Shown here piece by piece: positions 30,966-40,634 of a DNA stretch of 64,000 nucleotides (position 1 is its first letter; every line of letters begins with the position of its first letter). The translations under genes were made by a program, and so were the position numbers. Source of the DNA: Patescibacteria group bacterium UBA3531. Lineage in GTDB: Bacteria; Patescibacteriota; Minisyncoccia; Phycocordibacterales; UBA3531. A model generated the notes under the pieces. The model saw only the letters and a program-made list of their open reading frames with translations. It did no database searches and was not told the origin of the DNA. The stretch covers positions 79,381 through 143,380 of the forward strand of contig DFOW01000001.1 in the NCBI GenBank assembly GCA_002376885.1. Reading direction: 5' to 3'.

Positions 30966-32213
30966 TTAAAGTGCTGCGTCTACCGCATTAACACCCGCAA
31001 GTGGAGATTTTTTATTGTGGTGATTGTTTATTCGCAACTTTAAATCCTGAACTGCATTCATGTACGTAATAAATGCGTCATACGGTGTTTCGTAAGGATT
31101 GAAGTATTTATGAACATCGCCATCAGCAAACCATTTGGTACACATGTAGTAAAAATGGTCTGAAGTTTGCAGTTTTCTCCAGTCATGGATTAAGTCTTCG
31201 TCTTCTGTCTCAAGCACTGCATGTTCTAATTCATAAATCTTTTTTGCAGAATCGTGTTGGAGCGGGTTTGAAAGCCATGCAGAAAGGTCTCGCTCGATAT
31301 CTGCCCACGAATAAAACTCTGGGGCATCAATTTCATCTGTTGGTTCAAACCGAGCAGCTGCCTCGCTTGGAGTTATAAAGTAATTATGAGGATTTTTTAG
31401 AAGTTCGGCTGGTAATTGTTCTAGAAACTCAAAGATTCCTGTGTCTTCCCACTGATGCTCACCAAAGGTTTCATAGTCCATAAACAAATTAATAATTTCA
31501 GCAGAATCATTTTTTGCACCAACCCATTGGCCAAATTTTGAAACTGTCAGAGGGTGCTCTCCCCATTCTTTTGAAGAAAAGCGAAATGCAATATCGTCGG
31601 AGAGTTTATAGTTTTTTAAAAGAAGCGCTAAGTTTTTTCCTCCTTTTGGTTTATATACAAAGTCCGGACTTCGCCATCCTAAAATATGATCCGCACCTTC
31701 TGCTAAAATTCCCTTGTAGCCCATCTCTTCAATTTTTTGAGCAAGGTCATTGTTGTAAATAAGTTCAGTGTTACGGAAGACTTTCGGCTCTATATTAAAG
31801 AGTCGTTTGATAATATCTTTGTGTTTTTGTACCTGTCGTTCAAATTCTTTTTCAGAAAAAATATAGGAAAGCGAGTGATAATATGTCTCGTTTAAAAGTT
31901 CAACTTGGCCTGTTGCAACAAGATCTTGAAATGATTTTAAAACTTCTGGTGCAAACTCCTCGAACTGTTCAAGTGCAACTCCTGAAATTGAATAACTTAC
32001 TTTAAATTCTGGATGCTTTTTTAAAAGTTTGAGAATCGCCTTATTGGTGGGTAGATAGCATTTGTTGGCTACCTTATTTAAGACCCATTCATTATTAAGG
32101 TTTCCGTTTTCGTCTCCGTTAAAGTAGTTTTGGTCATTCCCTACATCAAAAAACCTATATTTTTTTACTCGATAGGGTTGATGAACCTGAAAGTAAAAAC
32201 AAATAGCTGACAT
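30966..32213 (-). CDS. Glycoside hydrolase family 57 (alpha-amylase-like)
   Basis: FQVHQP, ETYYHSL, FRNTE, MDYETFGEHQW, QTSDHFYYM. Confidence 0.93.
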   Translation of the reverse strand: MSAICFYFQVHQPYRVKKYRFFDVGNDQNYFNGDENGNLNNEWVLNKVANKCYLPTNKAILKLLKKHPEFKVSYSISGVALEQFEEFAPEVLKSFQDLVATGQVELLNETYYHSLSYIFSEKEFERQVQKHKDIIKRLFNIEPKVFRNTELIYNNDLAQKIEEMGYKGILAEGADHILGWRSPDFVYKPKGGKNLALLLKNYKLSDDIAFRFSSKEWGEHPLTVSKFGQWVGAKNDSAEIINLFMDYETFGEHQWEDTGIFEFLEQLPAELLKNPHNYFITPSEAAARFEPTDEIDAPEFYSWADIERDLSAWLSNPLQHDSAKKIYELEHAVLETEDEDLIHDWRKLQTSDHFYYMCTKWFADGDVHKYFNPYETPYDAFITYMNAVQDLKLRINNHHNKKSPLAGVNAVDAAL

Positions 32214-32215
32214 AG

Positions 32216-33445
32216 TTATGCAAGAGAAGGGCCCGTTAGGTTTTCATATAATACCATACATTTTTGAGCGGCTTTTTTCCACGAAAGCAGTTTAGCCTCT
32301 TGTTTTCCATTCTCTGCTAGGTGTTTACCAAGCGGGGGGTGCTCAAGTGTTGAAATTATTTTGTTTGCCATCTCGTCGGTGTCCCAAAAATCTACTTTGA
32401 GTGCATGTTGCAAAACCTCGGAAACTCCACTTTGTTTTGAAATAAGAACAGGTGTGTCTTGTAAAAGCGCCTCAAGCGGAACAATTCCAAACGGTTCCGA
32501 AACACTTGGCATAACAAATAAATCTGAAAGATGAAAAATCTTTTTTTGATCTTCTCCGCGCAAGAATCCTGTAAAGATGACTTTGTCAGAAAGTCCCATA
32601 TAACTTGCCTCTTTCATCATTTGTCGTTCCATGTCTCCAGAACCGGTCATTAAAAACAAAACATTTTTTTTGTATGTGTCGGTTACTTTTTTAGCAGCCC
32701 GAATAAAGTAATCTGGCCCTTTTTGGAGGGTAATGCGTCCCAAAAAAGAAACAATTTTAAATCCATGTTTTTTGAATTCGTTAAGATCGTTCTCAAGTTT
32801 TTTGGCATTTATCTTTTCTTCCTGAACACCGTTGTGAACTACTTCTACTTTTTCTGGTTTGATTCCGTAATGCTGAATTACTTTGTTTCGTGTGTATTCT
32901 GAAACAGCAATTATTTTGTCAGCTTTTTGAAGTCCTTCTTTTTCTATTTCATATTCACTTCCCATAACCCCAAGACCACTGTAACGATCAAAAACAGTAT
33001 TGTGAATGTGTACCACAAGCGGTTTTCCTGTCTCTTTTTTTGCATTGACTCCCGCGCAAAAAGTAAGCCAGTCGTGCGCATGAATGACATCAAAATCTTG
33101 TTCTTTGGCAATCTCTTTTGCTTCTTTGGCGTATTGATTTACCTGATGAAATAATGTGTTCCCATAACGCTTCTGTTCTTCTTCAGTAAGTTTACTAAAC
33201 GCATCCCTGTATTCGGCGTCATTGATGTATGCATTTAAAAGTGCCTTTGTAAACGACTCGTCACTAACCTCACCATCTGCAAATATAAAATTAAGGTGTT
33301 CAGCCTTTAGGGGAACTTTTTTAGGGAGCACAAAATCTATATCGGCACCCTCTTTTGCAAGAGCCATCGTTAAACCCTCACAAGCAACACCAAGACCCCC
33401 ACTGTTATGGGGTGGGAATTCCCAACCGAACATGAGTATTTTCAT
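32216..33445 (-). CDS. GT4 family glycosyltransferase (glycogen/alpha-glucan synthase-like)
   Basis: GWEFPPHNSGGLG, HAHDWLT, SEPFGIVPLEA. Confidence 0.9.
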   Translation of the reverse strand: MKILMFGWEFPPHNSGGLGVACEGLTMALAKEGADIDFVLPKKVPLKAEHLNFIFADGEVSDESFTKALLNAYINDAEYRDAFSKLTEEEQKRYGNTLFHQVNQYAKEAKEIAKEQDFDVIHAHDWLTFCAGVNAKKETGKPLVVHIHNTVFDRYSGLGVMGSEYEIEKEGLQKADKIIAVSEYTRNKVIQHYGIKPEKVEVVHNGVQEEKINAKKLENDLNEFKKHGFKIVSFLGRITLQKGPDYFIRAAKKVTDTYKKNVLFLMTGSGDMERQMMKEASYMGLSDKVIFTGFLRGEDQKKIFHLSDLFVMPSVSEPFGIVPLEALLQDTPVLISKQSGVSEVLQHALKVDFWDTDEMANKIISTLEHPPLGKHLAENGKQEAKLLSWKKAAQKCMVLYENLTGPSLA

Positions 33446-33604
33446 TGGTAGGTATTCACGCTTAAACAGAGCCTTCACTCCCAAGGCTCACTTTCAATTT
33501 TATCATGTGAATCATTAAAAATTGGCTCAACAAAGGCGCCTAAATGTGTATATCTTACTAAAAAAGTATGAAAGTTGGTTCAAATATCGTGCTAAAATGA
33601 CGTC

Positions 33605-34501
33605 ATGGGAGAATTTAGTGTTATTTTGCAAGAAATTATAAGCTCTCTTGGGTTTCGAGAGCTTTTAGACATTGTTATTGTTGCTACTCTTATTTATCTT
33701 GGACTTATTTTTATTCGAGAAACACGTTCATTTTTTATTTTCAGTACGCTTTTAATCCTCTCTGGTGTTGTATATCTTTCAGAACTTATCGATTTAGGAT
33801 TAACACGTCAATTGTTTCAACCATTTCTTACCTTTTTCCTTTTGATAATTGTTATTGTCTTTCAAAAAGAAATTAGAAGGTTTTTTGAGTGGTTTTCTAT
33901 TCCAAAAGAAGGGCTTCTACGTTTTAAACGCAACAAAAACACTGCTGGACTTGCACAAAAAATATCTCAAGCAGTAAATGCAATGATAAAAGAACACGTG
34001 GGTGCACTTATTGTACTTGCTGGAGTACATCCTCTTGAACACTCTATTGAGGGGGGTATTGAACTTGGGGGGAAGGTGTCGGTCCCTCTTCTGCTTTCAA
34101 TTTTCAATACTGAAACCCCAGGACATGATGGCGCAGTCATTATTGAAGATGGAAAAATAAAGTATTTTGGTGCGCACTTACCACTTGCCCAAAAAGTTGA
34201 GGGGCTCACGCGCGCTGGTACTCGTCACCGTGCCGCAACAGGACTCACTGAAGAAACCGATGCCCTTGTAATTGTTGTCTCTGAAGAGCGCGGAATTGTA
34301 TCACTTGCACAAAATGGACATATTAAACAAGTTTCAAAAGATGTTTTCATCGACAGGGTCTCTAGTTTTATTCGAGAACAAGCGATACAAAAAAATGACA
34401 AGTCCAGATGGTGGGATTACCTACTAATAGAGAATTGGATTGAAAAATTAATTAGTATTATTTTTGCTCTTGTTCTTTGGATAGTGTTTATCTTTTATTG
34501 A
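33605..34501 (+). CDS. cdaA: Diadenylate cyclase CdaA/DacA
   Basis: N-terminal TM helices, HDGA and GTRHRAA motifs, VSEERG. Confidence 0.92.
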   Translation: MGEFSVILQEIISSLGFRELLDIVIVATLIYLGLIFIRETRSFFIFSTLLILSGVVYLSELIDLGLTRQLFQPFLTFFLLIIVIVFQKEIRRFFEWFSIPKEGLLRFKRNKNTAGLAQKISQAVNAMIKEHVGALIVLAGVHPLEHSIEGGIELGGKVSVPLLLSIFNTETPGHDGAVIIEDGKIKYFGAHLPLAQKVEGLTRAGTRHRAATGLTEETDALVIVVSEERGIVSLAQNGHIKQVSKDVFIDRVSSFIREQAIQKNDKSRWWDYLLIENWIEKLISIIFALVLWIVFIFY

Positions 34502-35385
34502 ATACATTCGTTGAATGCACGGACTTGTGTATTGTAAGTATTTGTTAATTGCTTTGTTTGTGCAATAAGATCGTTATACGTTGCCACATAACCGTTGTAT
34601 ACTTCCACCTTCTGATTATAGACACTCCCCCTTTTTGGACTAAATGAATTGAGCTCTGCCTGGAGTGAATCAAGAGTATCTGCAAGTCCGTTGAGTTCAA
34701 TCTTATTGTTTTCAATCTGGTTTGCTAGGGTACTGTTTATAAAGGGGCAATCAGACCTGGGTCTTCCAAATTCTTGTACTGCAAGCCATGTTTCTCTTCC
34801 TTCATAAACTCCTCTTTTAACTGATATACCAATCTCAGTAAAATTATCACTTAAAATATTTGCCCGGTGGCCGGGGCTATTCATCCAGGCCTGGACAAGC
34901 GCTTCATCATTTTCAAAATTCCCAAGGGCTAGATTTTCTCCAACAGATAAATAGTTGTACCCGACTTGTTCCATAATACCGTCTACACCAACACCATTTG
35001 GAGAGACATGTTCAAAATATTGATTGGTAAACATATCATCTACTTTTATCTCAGCTCCAACCGAAAGCGTTTCATCTAACAAGAGAGGGGGAAGATCACT
35101 GTTAGCGCGCTGGATATTTGTCCAAGCAAATACTCCTCCAACGGTTAAATCTGCGTTTGGATCACCAAAGTCAAAAAAAGTAACGAGCGGTTCAGGAAGG
35201 GAAAAAGTTTCTTTTGGGGTTTCTCCCTTCTCTTCCTTTACCGCGACAATTTCTCCAATATCATTGAGTGCTTCTTGTGTGTTTTCCGGAAGTGAGAAGT
35301 TAGAATCATTTTTTATAAACTCTCCAATAAAAAAACCTCCCCCAAGGAGGATCACAACCAAAAGAGTTGTTGCAAGCTTACTCAT
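34495..35385 (-). CDS. CAP/SCP-domain secreted protein with coiled-coil tail
   Basis: YFEH, GENLA, WMNSPGHRANIL. Confidence 0.92.
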   Translation of the reverse strand: MSKLATTLLVVILLGGGFFIGEFIKNDSNFSLPENTQEALNDIGEIVAVKEEKGETPKETFSLPEPLVTFFDFGDPNADLTVGGVFAWTNIQRANSDLPPLLLDETLSVGAEIKVDDMFTNQYFEHVSPNGVGVDGIMEQVGYNYLSVGENLALGNFENDEALVQAWMNSPGHRANILSDNFTEIGISVKRGVYEGRETWLAVQEFGRPRSDCPFINSTLANQIENNKIELNGLADTLDSLQAELNSFSPKRGSVYNQKVEVYNGYVATYNDLIAQTKQLTNTYNTQVRAFNECIQ

Positions 35386-35490
35386 AACTAAAGTATATCA
35401 CGAGGTATTTGACAAACTTTTTGGTACGTCTAGTATGGAAATCAGAATTGGGGGGATGGGCCGTGTGCCCAAAAGGAGCTCGGAAAGCAA

Positions 35491-35964
35491 ATGCCGAAAG
35501 CAGCCGAAGAGTACATGATCGAGACGCTCGCCCGAGGGATGAGGGTCTTCGCCCTCATCGCAACGAGTCCCTCGAACAGCATCGGGGTGACCGAGATCGC
35601 GACGACGTTGGATCTTCAAAAGAACAACGTCTTCCGGATCCTGAAGACGCTCGAGGTGGAAGGCTTGGTCTCCCACAACGGCGAGACCGATGCCGACAAG
35701 TGCCGCTACGGGCTGGGGCCCAAGGCCATCGAGCTCGGCGAGTGGCTCCTCATCCACGCCGACAAGACCGTGGTCGAGGTGGTCGAGTTCTTCAAGGGAG
35801 CCGATGGGCCGGGGAGCGTGAAGCTCACGGCAACAGCTCGCGTCGAGAACCGTGACGACGTCGAGGAGGACCTCCGGATGGAGGCGAGCGAGCTCGCCGG
35901 ACGTCTGGCGGTCACGCCCGACGAGGGGCTCGAAGTCGTTCCCGCAACCGGGACCGACGGCTAG
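35491..35964 (+). CDS. GC-rich IclR-type HTH protein without the canonical effector domain, cassette 6
   Basis: TLARGMRVF..GVTEIATTLDLQKNNVFRILKTL..YGLG; TTGACA-16-TAGTAT at 35409-35436; SD AAAGGAG. Confidence 0.8.
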   Translation: MPKAAEEYMIETLARGMRVFALIATSPSNSIGVTEIATTLDLQKNNVFRILKTLEVEGLVSHNGETDADKCRYGLGPKAIELGEWLLIHADKTVVEVVEFFKGADGPGSVKLTATARVENRDDVEEDLRMEASELAGRLAVTPDEGLEVVPATGTDG

Positions 35965-35973
35965 AGCTACGAA

Positions 35974-36010
35974 AGAGGGAGGCCACTGGGAGACCGGTGG
36001 CCTTCTTTCT
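35974..36010 (+). terminator. Intrinsic terminator of cassette 6
   Basis: AGGCCACTGG-GAGA-CCGGTGGCCT-TCTTTCT. Confidence 0.8.
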
Positions 36011-36015
36011 ATTAC

Positions 36016-36402
36016 TTATTCTGTGGTAACCCCGTCAAAATGTTCCTCTTTTTCTTCTGCTTTTGTTGGGTGAACTGTTTGATCTTTGTGTTCAGGAGGC
36101 GAATAAATACTGTAAAGTTTTAAATCGTTATCACTAGTATTGATTACATTGTGTTTTGTTCCTTGTGGAATAACTACCGCCATCTCTGCATAAACATCAT
36201 GTTCCACATCATCCAAAATCACCTTTCCTTTTCCCTCTTCAAACCGAATAAACTGATCGAGCTCATGCACCTCCTCTCCAATCTCGTCTCCTGGTTTTAT
36301 GGTCATCAATACTAATTGACTGTTTTTTGATGTATACAGGACCCTTCTGTAATCTTTATTTTCTTTGGTTTCTTTTTCTATGTTTGCTATATATCCTTTC
36401 AT
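36016..36402 (-). CDS. Cupin domain protein
   Basis: IGEEVHELDQFIRFEEG...IPQGTKHNVIN. Confidence 0.9.
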   Translation of the reverse strand: MKGYIANIEKETKENKDYRRVLYTSKNSQLVLMTIKPGDEIGEEVHELDQFIRFEEGKGKVILDDVEHDVYAEMAVVIPQGTKHNVINTSDNDLKLYSIYSPPEHKDQTVHPTKAEEKEEHFDGVTTE

Positions 36403-36408
36403 TAAAGT

Positions 36409-36708
36409 TTATTCATTATCTTCTAATCGTTTCCCCCATTGCCAACGCGGTTTTTCTCCTGTTGCGTATGCAATCCGTATAAATAAAAGTGTGAGAACAA
36501 TAAGTGGAAGAAACACCCGAAGCATAAATTCATCGTCACTCACATATTCTGCTGAATAGCCAAGCATTCCCATTACTCCAATATACAAAAAAGTTACAAG
36601 CCATCCTTCCCACGATGAGGGATACCAACCCCATCCAAAAAGCTTTCGTTTAAACCAAAGCTTTTTTTGTATTGTGTCCTTAGACGGTGTCGCGTCGTTC
36701 GGTGTCAT
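36409..36708 (-). CDS. Small two-TM membrane protein
   Basis: WFKRKLFGWGWYPSSWEGW and GEKPRWQWG; start uncertain. Confidence 0.75.
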   Translation of the reverse strand: MTPNDATPSKDTIQKKLWFKRKLFGWGWYPSSWEGWLVTFLYIGVMGMLGYSAEYVSDDEFMLRVFLPLIVLTLLFIRIAYATGEKPRWQWGKRLEDNE

Positions 36709-37231
36709 AATCTTCTTGTGCATCAGCCTCAACAAGACCTTTTAATTGTTCTGCTCGCCACCCCACCAAATTAATAGCAATTTGAATAAGAGACGAAAAT
36801 CCTGCTACTGCCAACACAAAAATTGGGAACCATAAATATGGCGTTGCAAAAAAGAAGAAAGAAACAAACAAGGAAAGCCACATACCAATACACCATGGGC
36901 ACGACAACAGGTCTGAAATTGTTCGTCTAATACCATCTTTGTACACTGCCCTGACGGTAATAATGTTTCCATCTTCGTCTTTTTTGATTGTTTTTTGTAC
37001 AAAAAAGTCCCGGAAGAACCTAAACACACTGTCATACACCACTAATCGAGTAAGTCTGAAGATGGCAAGTGTAATAATAACCGTATCAAAAAAAGAAATT
37101 GATTCTGGAATTCTGTCGAGTTCATTCAATGCATACACGGCTCCCACAAACAAAACCATAAAGAAGCTGGTAAGGATAAAGCTCCATATATTTTGATTAT
37201 TTTTATGGGTTGTTTTTGTGATAACACTCAT
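36680..37231 (-). CDS. DUF1360-like membrane protein
   Basis: LAIFRLTRLVVYD...LLSCPWCIGMW. Confidence 0.8.
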   Translation of the reverse strand: MSVITKTTHKNNQNIWSFILTSFFMVLFVGAVYALNELDRIPESISFFDTVIITLAIFRLTRLVVYDSVFRFFRDFFVQKTIKKDEDGNIITVRAVYKDGIRRTISDLLSCPWCIGMWLSLFVSFFFFATPYLWFPIFVLAVAGFSSLIQIAINLVGWRAEQLKGLVEADAQEDYDTERRDTV

Positions 37232-37254
37232 ATAAAAAGTATATCGTATTACTG

Positions 37255-38394
37255 TTAGTTACTAAATTGGGATGGATTTAGACGAATAATTTTGTCATCA
37301 CCAGGGCGGACGCTCCCCCTCCCATCACGATTACTGGTTGTAATATAAAGCATTCCATCTGGACCAGCAACCGTTGTCCTGATCCTTCCAAATTCTCCCT
37401 TAAAGTGCTCTTTTAATTCTATAGAGCCTGGCAGAATAATTGCTTCATAAAGCGCCTCGCCACGCAAACCTCCAAAAAAGATACTTCCGTTTAAATACGT
37501 TGCGCTTGCTGGGGCCCACGTTACATTAGGACCAGAATGAAGAGCGGGTGGGGTAGTACCAGGCAAAACAGTGTCCCCCTCACTTTCTGGCCAACCATAA
37601 TTCCCTCCACGAACAATTTTATTTAACTCATCAAGCCCCGAACGAACACCTGAACGCCCATGTTCGGTACTCCACAAATTGTTAGCGTCGTCCCACGTTA
37701 ATCCTTGTGGGTTTCTGTGACCATATGAATAGATTTCGTCTCCAAAAGGATTATCTTCTGGAATACTTCCATCGTCATGTACTCGTAGAATTTTACCCGA
37801 CAAGGAGGTTAAGTCTTGGGCAGATTCTGGTGTTGTTGCATCGCCAGTTGTGACATATAAGAGCCCATCTGGACCGAATGCCATTCTTCCTCCGTCATGA
37901 AATATTGCCCCGGGGATATCGTCGATAATTATTTTCTCATCAACAAGCTTACCGTTCTGATAAACAAATCGTGACACACGATTAAGTGTGGTGTTTGTGC
38001 TTGAATGTGTAAAGTAAAGATAAAGATACTTGTTTGTTTCAAACTCTGGGTGAAGCACAAGTCCCAAAAGTCCCCCTTCGCCACCTGATTTAATCCCAGG
38101 GATATTTATAACGTCCGTCTCTCCTGTTTTGGTATTGAGAAAAACTAAATTCCCAATACGTTCTGTTATCAAAAGCTCATCATTTGATAAAAAAGCAATA
38201 TCCCATGGAATAGTAAGGTTTTCTGCAATTATAGTTACCGGAGGGATAGTATTGTTTATCTTTTCCTTAACGGGTTCATTAGTAACAAGAGGAGGACCCT
38301 CTGCCTCTTCTGGCACACTAAAAAGTTGCTGATACCCCCAAGCCCCTGCCCCAACAATAAAAAGTAAAAGAATAAAAATAATTAGTTTTTTCAT
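37255..38394 (-). CDS. PQQ-dependent sugar dehydrogenase (GSDH/Asd family)
   Basis: GEGGLLG, HDGGRMAFGPDG, YGHRNPQG, GNYGWP. Confidence 0.92.
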   Translation of the reverse strand: MKKLIIFILLLFIVGAGAWGYQQLFSVPEEAEGPPLVTNEPVKEKINNTIPPVTIIAENLTIPWDIAFLSNDELLITERIGNLVFLNTKTGETDVINIPGIKSGGEGGLLGLVLHPEFETNKYLYLYFTHSSTNTTLNRVSRFVYQNGKLVDEKIIIDDIPGAIFHDGGRMAFGPDGLLYVTTGDATTPESAQDLTSLSGKILRVHDDGSIPEDNPFGDEIYSYGHRNPQGLTWDDANNLWSTEHGRSGVRSGLDELNKIVRGGNYGWPESEGDTVLPGTTPPALHSGPNVTWAPASATYLNGSIFFGGLRGEALYEAIILPGSIELKEHFKGEFGRIRTTVAGPDGMLYITTSNRDGRGSVRPGDDKIIRLNPSQFSN

Positions 38395-38403
38395 ACACGC
38401 AAA

Positions 38404-39678
38404 TTAAAACACCTGACTCCTATAAACATGGTTAAACTCTGGGAACTCTTTTGGTTCAACATTAAGTACCTTTACTGTTCCCGTCTCTTTATCAATTTCA
38501 ATAGTTGCAAAGCTTTTATTATTGTTACGTGTTATCTCGTTCAGAATATTTTCTGGATTTACATTGAATGACAAAGTATACACCCCTGACGCAAGGTCGG
38601 TTATATCAAGATTTTGATCAACATAGGTAAAGAAGTACGTATCTCCCCACCCAACCGACACCCCTTGTCGCTCCTTACCACAAATTAAATATCGTGCCTC
38701 GCTATCTTTAAATGCTTCGTCATTTATTTGTGTTACGTCTCTAATACAAAAAGTAGTTTTTTGTTCTTGCTTGCCACTAAACACATGGGGATGACTATCA
38801 TCGTGTACATGGTCATGTTGATTACGTGCACTAATATTCTCTTCTTGAGTTTGAGAAAGAACATAGGTAACAAAATCACTGTAATGATAATGCAGATGCT
38901 CTTCGTGCCATAAAAAGATCCCTACGGGGGTATCTCTGTATGAGTCATCAGTTTTATAAATTCTTTGAAGTACCACTCTATCAATATCTTCTTTTATTCC
39001 AGCTGTGCCTGGATCAGCAACAAGTTCAAGAGGGCCTTCTCCTACATTGTAGTAGGTAGTACTAAACAATAAAAAGTCTCGCCCCCCTTCTTGTTTAAGC
39101 GTTATATCTTGTGGCGGAAGAGGAATAAGGTCTGGCAATAATTCAACCTCTCCACGCACGAAAGCTTCTATAATAGTTCGCTCTTTCTTTGAAATAACCC
39201 TATCAAAAAATTTATTTTTATTAGAGTATCGTTCGTCTATCCGCGATACAATTTTTTCTGCAACAAAGGCTGGTGTGTCGTCCGATGAAAATTCATACAA
39301 ACCAGGAACAAAAAAGTCCCCTAAAATCTCAATTGGTGGAATAATAAATTGTGTTCCGTGTATCAAAAAGGCCTCGCGCTCAAGCTCCCCCCACTCAAGC
39401 TCTTGTGTTAAATATTCAAGAATATCTTGGTTATAAGCATCCCAGGTAATGCCACGAATTGCCTCTTGGAAGAGCTTTTCGTCATCCATCCCCCATCCGA
39501 ATTCTTCACCAATGGCATACGATAATGCCTTATGGTTGTATCCATCTTTTAAATCAACAAAGAGTGCTTGTGGTTCGCCACTTTCTACACGATTTAAAAA
39601 TACAAAAGGAGAAAAATAAAAATATCCTGAAACAAGGATACTGATAAACATTACAATCGTGAGGGACTTCCAAGGCAT
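38404..39678 (-). CDS. Membrane-anchored lysyl-oxidase-family domain protein
   Basis: WHEEHLHYH Cu site, KTTFC, QGVSVGWGDTY; ATG overlaps the upstream stop (TAATG). Confidence 0.75.
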   Translation of the reverse strand: MPWKSLTIVMFISILVSGYFYFSPFVFLNRVESGEPQALFVDLKDGYNHKALSYAIGEEFGWGMDDEKLFQEAIRGITWDAYNQDILEYLTQELEWGELEREAFLIHGTQFIIPPIEILGDFFVPGLYEFSSDDTPAFVAEKIVSRIDERYSNKNKFFDRVISKKERTIIEAFVRGEVELLPDLIPLPPQDITLKQEGGRDFLLFSTTYYNVGEGPLELVADPGTAGIKEDIDRVVLQRIYKTDDSYRDTPVGIFLWHEEHLHYHYSDFVTYVLSQTQEENISARNQHDHVHDDSHPHVFSGKQEQKTTFCIRDVTQINDEAFKDSEARYLICGKERQGVSVGWGDTYFFTYVDQNLDITDLASGVYTLSFNVNPENILNEITRNNNKSFATIEIDKETGTVKVLNVEPKEFPEFNHVYRSQVF

Positions 39679-39836
39679 TACTTTTTCCAATCTTTTATTA
39701 TGATGGTCTTTCCTTTCTTTGTAATCAGTAGCTTTTGACGTTCGCGAATATTGAGTTCATCTACAATCTCAGAAGGGATTACAATCGAAAGACTTCGTTT
39801 TCCTACTCGAGTAACCTTACGAACATATTTTTTCAT
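39678..39836 (-). CDS. AbrB/MazE/SpoVT-family DNA-binding protein, 52 aa (absent from the ORF track)
   Basis: MKKYVRKVTRVGKRSLSIVIPSEIVDELNIRERQKLLITKKGKTIIIKDWKK. Confidence 0.85.
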   Translation of the reverse strand: MKKYVRKVTRVGKRSLSIVIPSEIVDELNIRERQKLLITKKGKTIIIKDWKK

Positions 39837-39842
39837 AGCCCT

Positions 39843-39881
39843 ATTATGCTACGTAACATGTTACGTAGCAAGCTACGTAAC
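39843..39881 (-). promoter_or_regulatory. -10 box plus palindromic operator-like repeats
   Basis: CATAAT 6 nt before ATG; perfect 24-bp palindrome TGCTACGTAACATGTTACGTAGCA plus a third GCTACGTAAC. Confidence 0.75.
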
Positions 39882-39891
39882 AAAACGAACA

Positions 39892-39930
39892 AAGGCCACC
39901 GGAACTCCTCAAAGAGAGTTTGGTGGCCTT
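39892..39930. terminator. Hairpin at the left edge of the + strand islet
   Basis: AAGGCCACC..AACTC / GAGTT..GGTGGCCTT. Confidence 0.5.
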
Positions 39931-40004
39931 AGTTGACGTGCCTTTCCAGCTCACGTCTTTTTCTAAGTTTCCCCAGTGCCTTTGCCGATAAACAATAGTA
40001 GTAT

Positions 40005-40226
40005 ATGAAGAAGTCAATCCACACAAAAGAATACGCTTACTTCGTCGAGAAATTGCGAAAAGCGCGCCTTGAAGCAGGATTGACGCAGGTTCAGGTTGCT
40101 AAGAAGCTAAAACGTCCGCAGTCGTATATCTCCAATGTGGAATCAGGACAACAGCGTGTCGATGTTGTCGAATTGCAAAAATTTGCAAAAATGTACGGCA
40201 AGGACGTAAATTACTTTTTTAAATAA
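40005..40226 (+). CDS. XRE-family HTH transcriptional regulator
   Basis: LRKARLEAGLTQVQVAKKLKRPQSYISNVESG. Confidence 0.92.
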   Translation: MKKSIHTKEYAYFVEKLRKARLEAGLTQVQVAKKLKRPQSYISNVESGQQRVDVVELQKFAKMYGKDVNYFFK

Positions 40227-40234
40227 TTTTAATT

Positions 40235-40624
40235 ATGTTTAACAAGAAATTCATTGGTTCTACTGTTGCCCTGGTGGTGGGAGTCCTTGCAATCGTTGCG
40301 GGATTAGCTGAACCATCAAGTACAATGTTTGCAGGTATTTATATCGTACTTGGCTCGCTAGCTTACAGGTCACTAAAAAAGAGAAAGTTGGGCATGGTTC
40401 AGGATTCAAAAATCCGTCTAATTCTTGAGGTTGTGGGCATACTGGCAATTATTTTGCTAATACTCATGCAAAACAATCTACAGGCAAATATTGTGAACGA
40501 TCCGTTTCCAAATATCGTAATACCGCTATGGGTTATAGTTGCTTATCTTGTCGTTTACTTCCGCGGTACAAAAAGTAGCGAAGAAAAGGAAGCAAAAATT
40601 GAGGACTCCACTCAAACTACTTAA
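40235..40624 (+). CDS. Hypothetical membrane protein (~4 TM)
   Basis: Hydrophobic segments; operon-like spacing. Confidence 0.75.
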   Translation: MFNKKFIGSTVALVVGVLAIVAGLAEPSSTMFAGIYIVLGSLAYRSLKKRKLGMVQDSKIRLILEVVGILAIILLILMQNNLQANIVNDPFPNIVIPLWVIVAYLVVYFRGTKSSEEKEAKIEDSTQTT

Positions 40625-40634
40625 ACCAAAAGTT

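Noticed and set aside
28988-33445. GH15-GH57-GT4 cluster as a novel system
   Set aside because: A commonly seen alpha-glucan gene trio; nothing unusual visible
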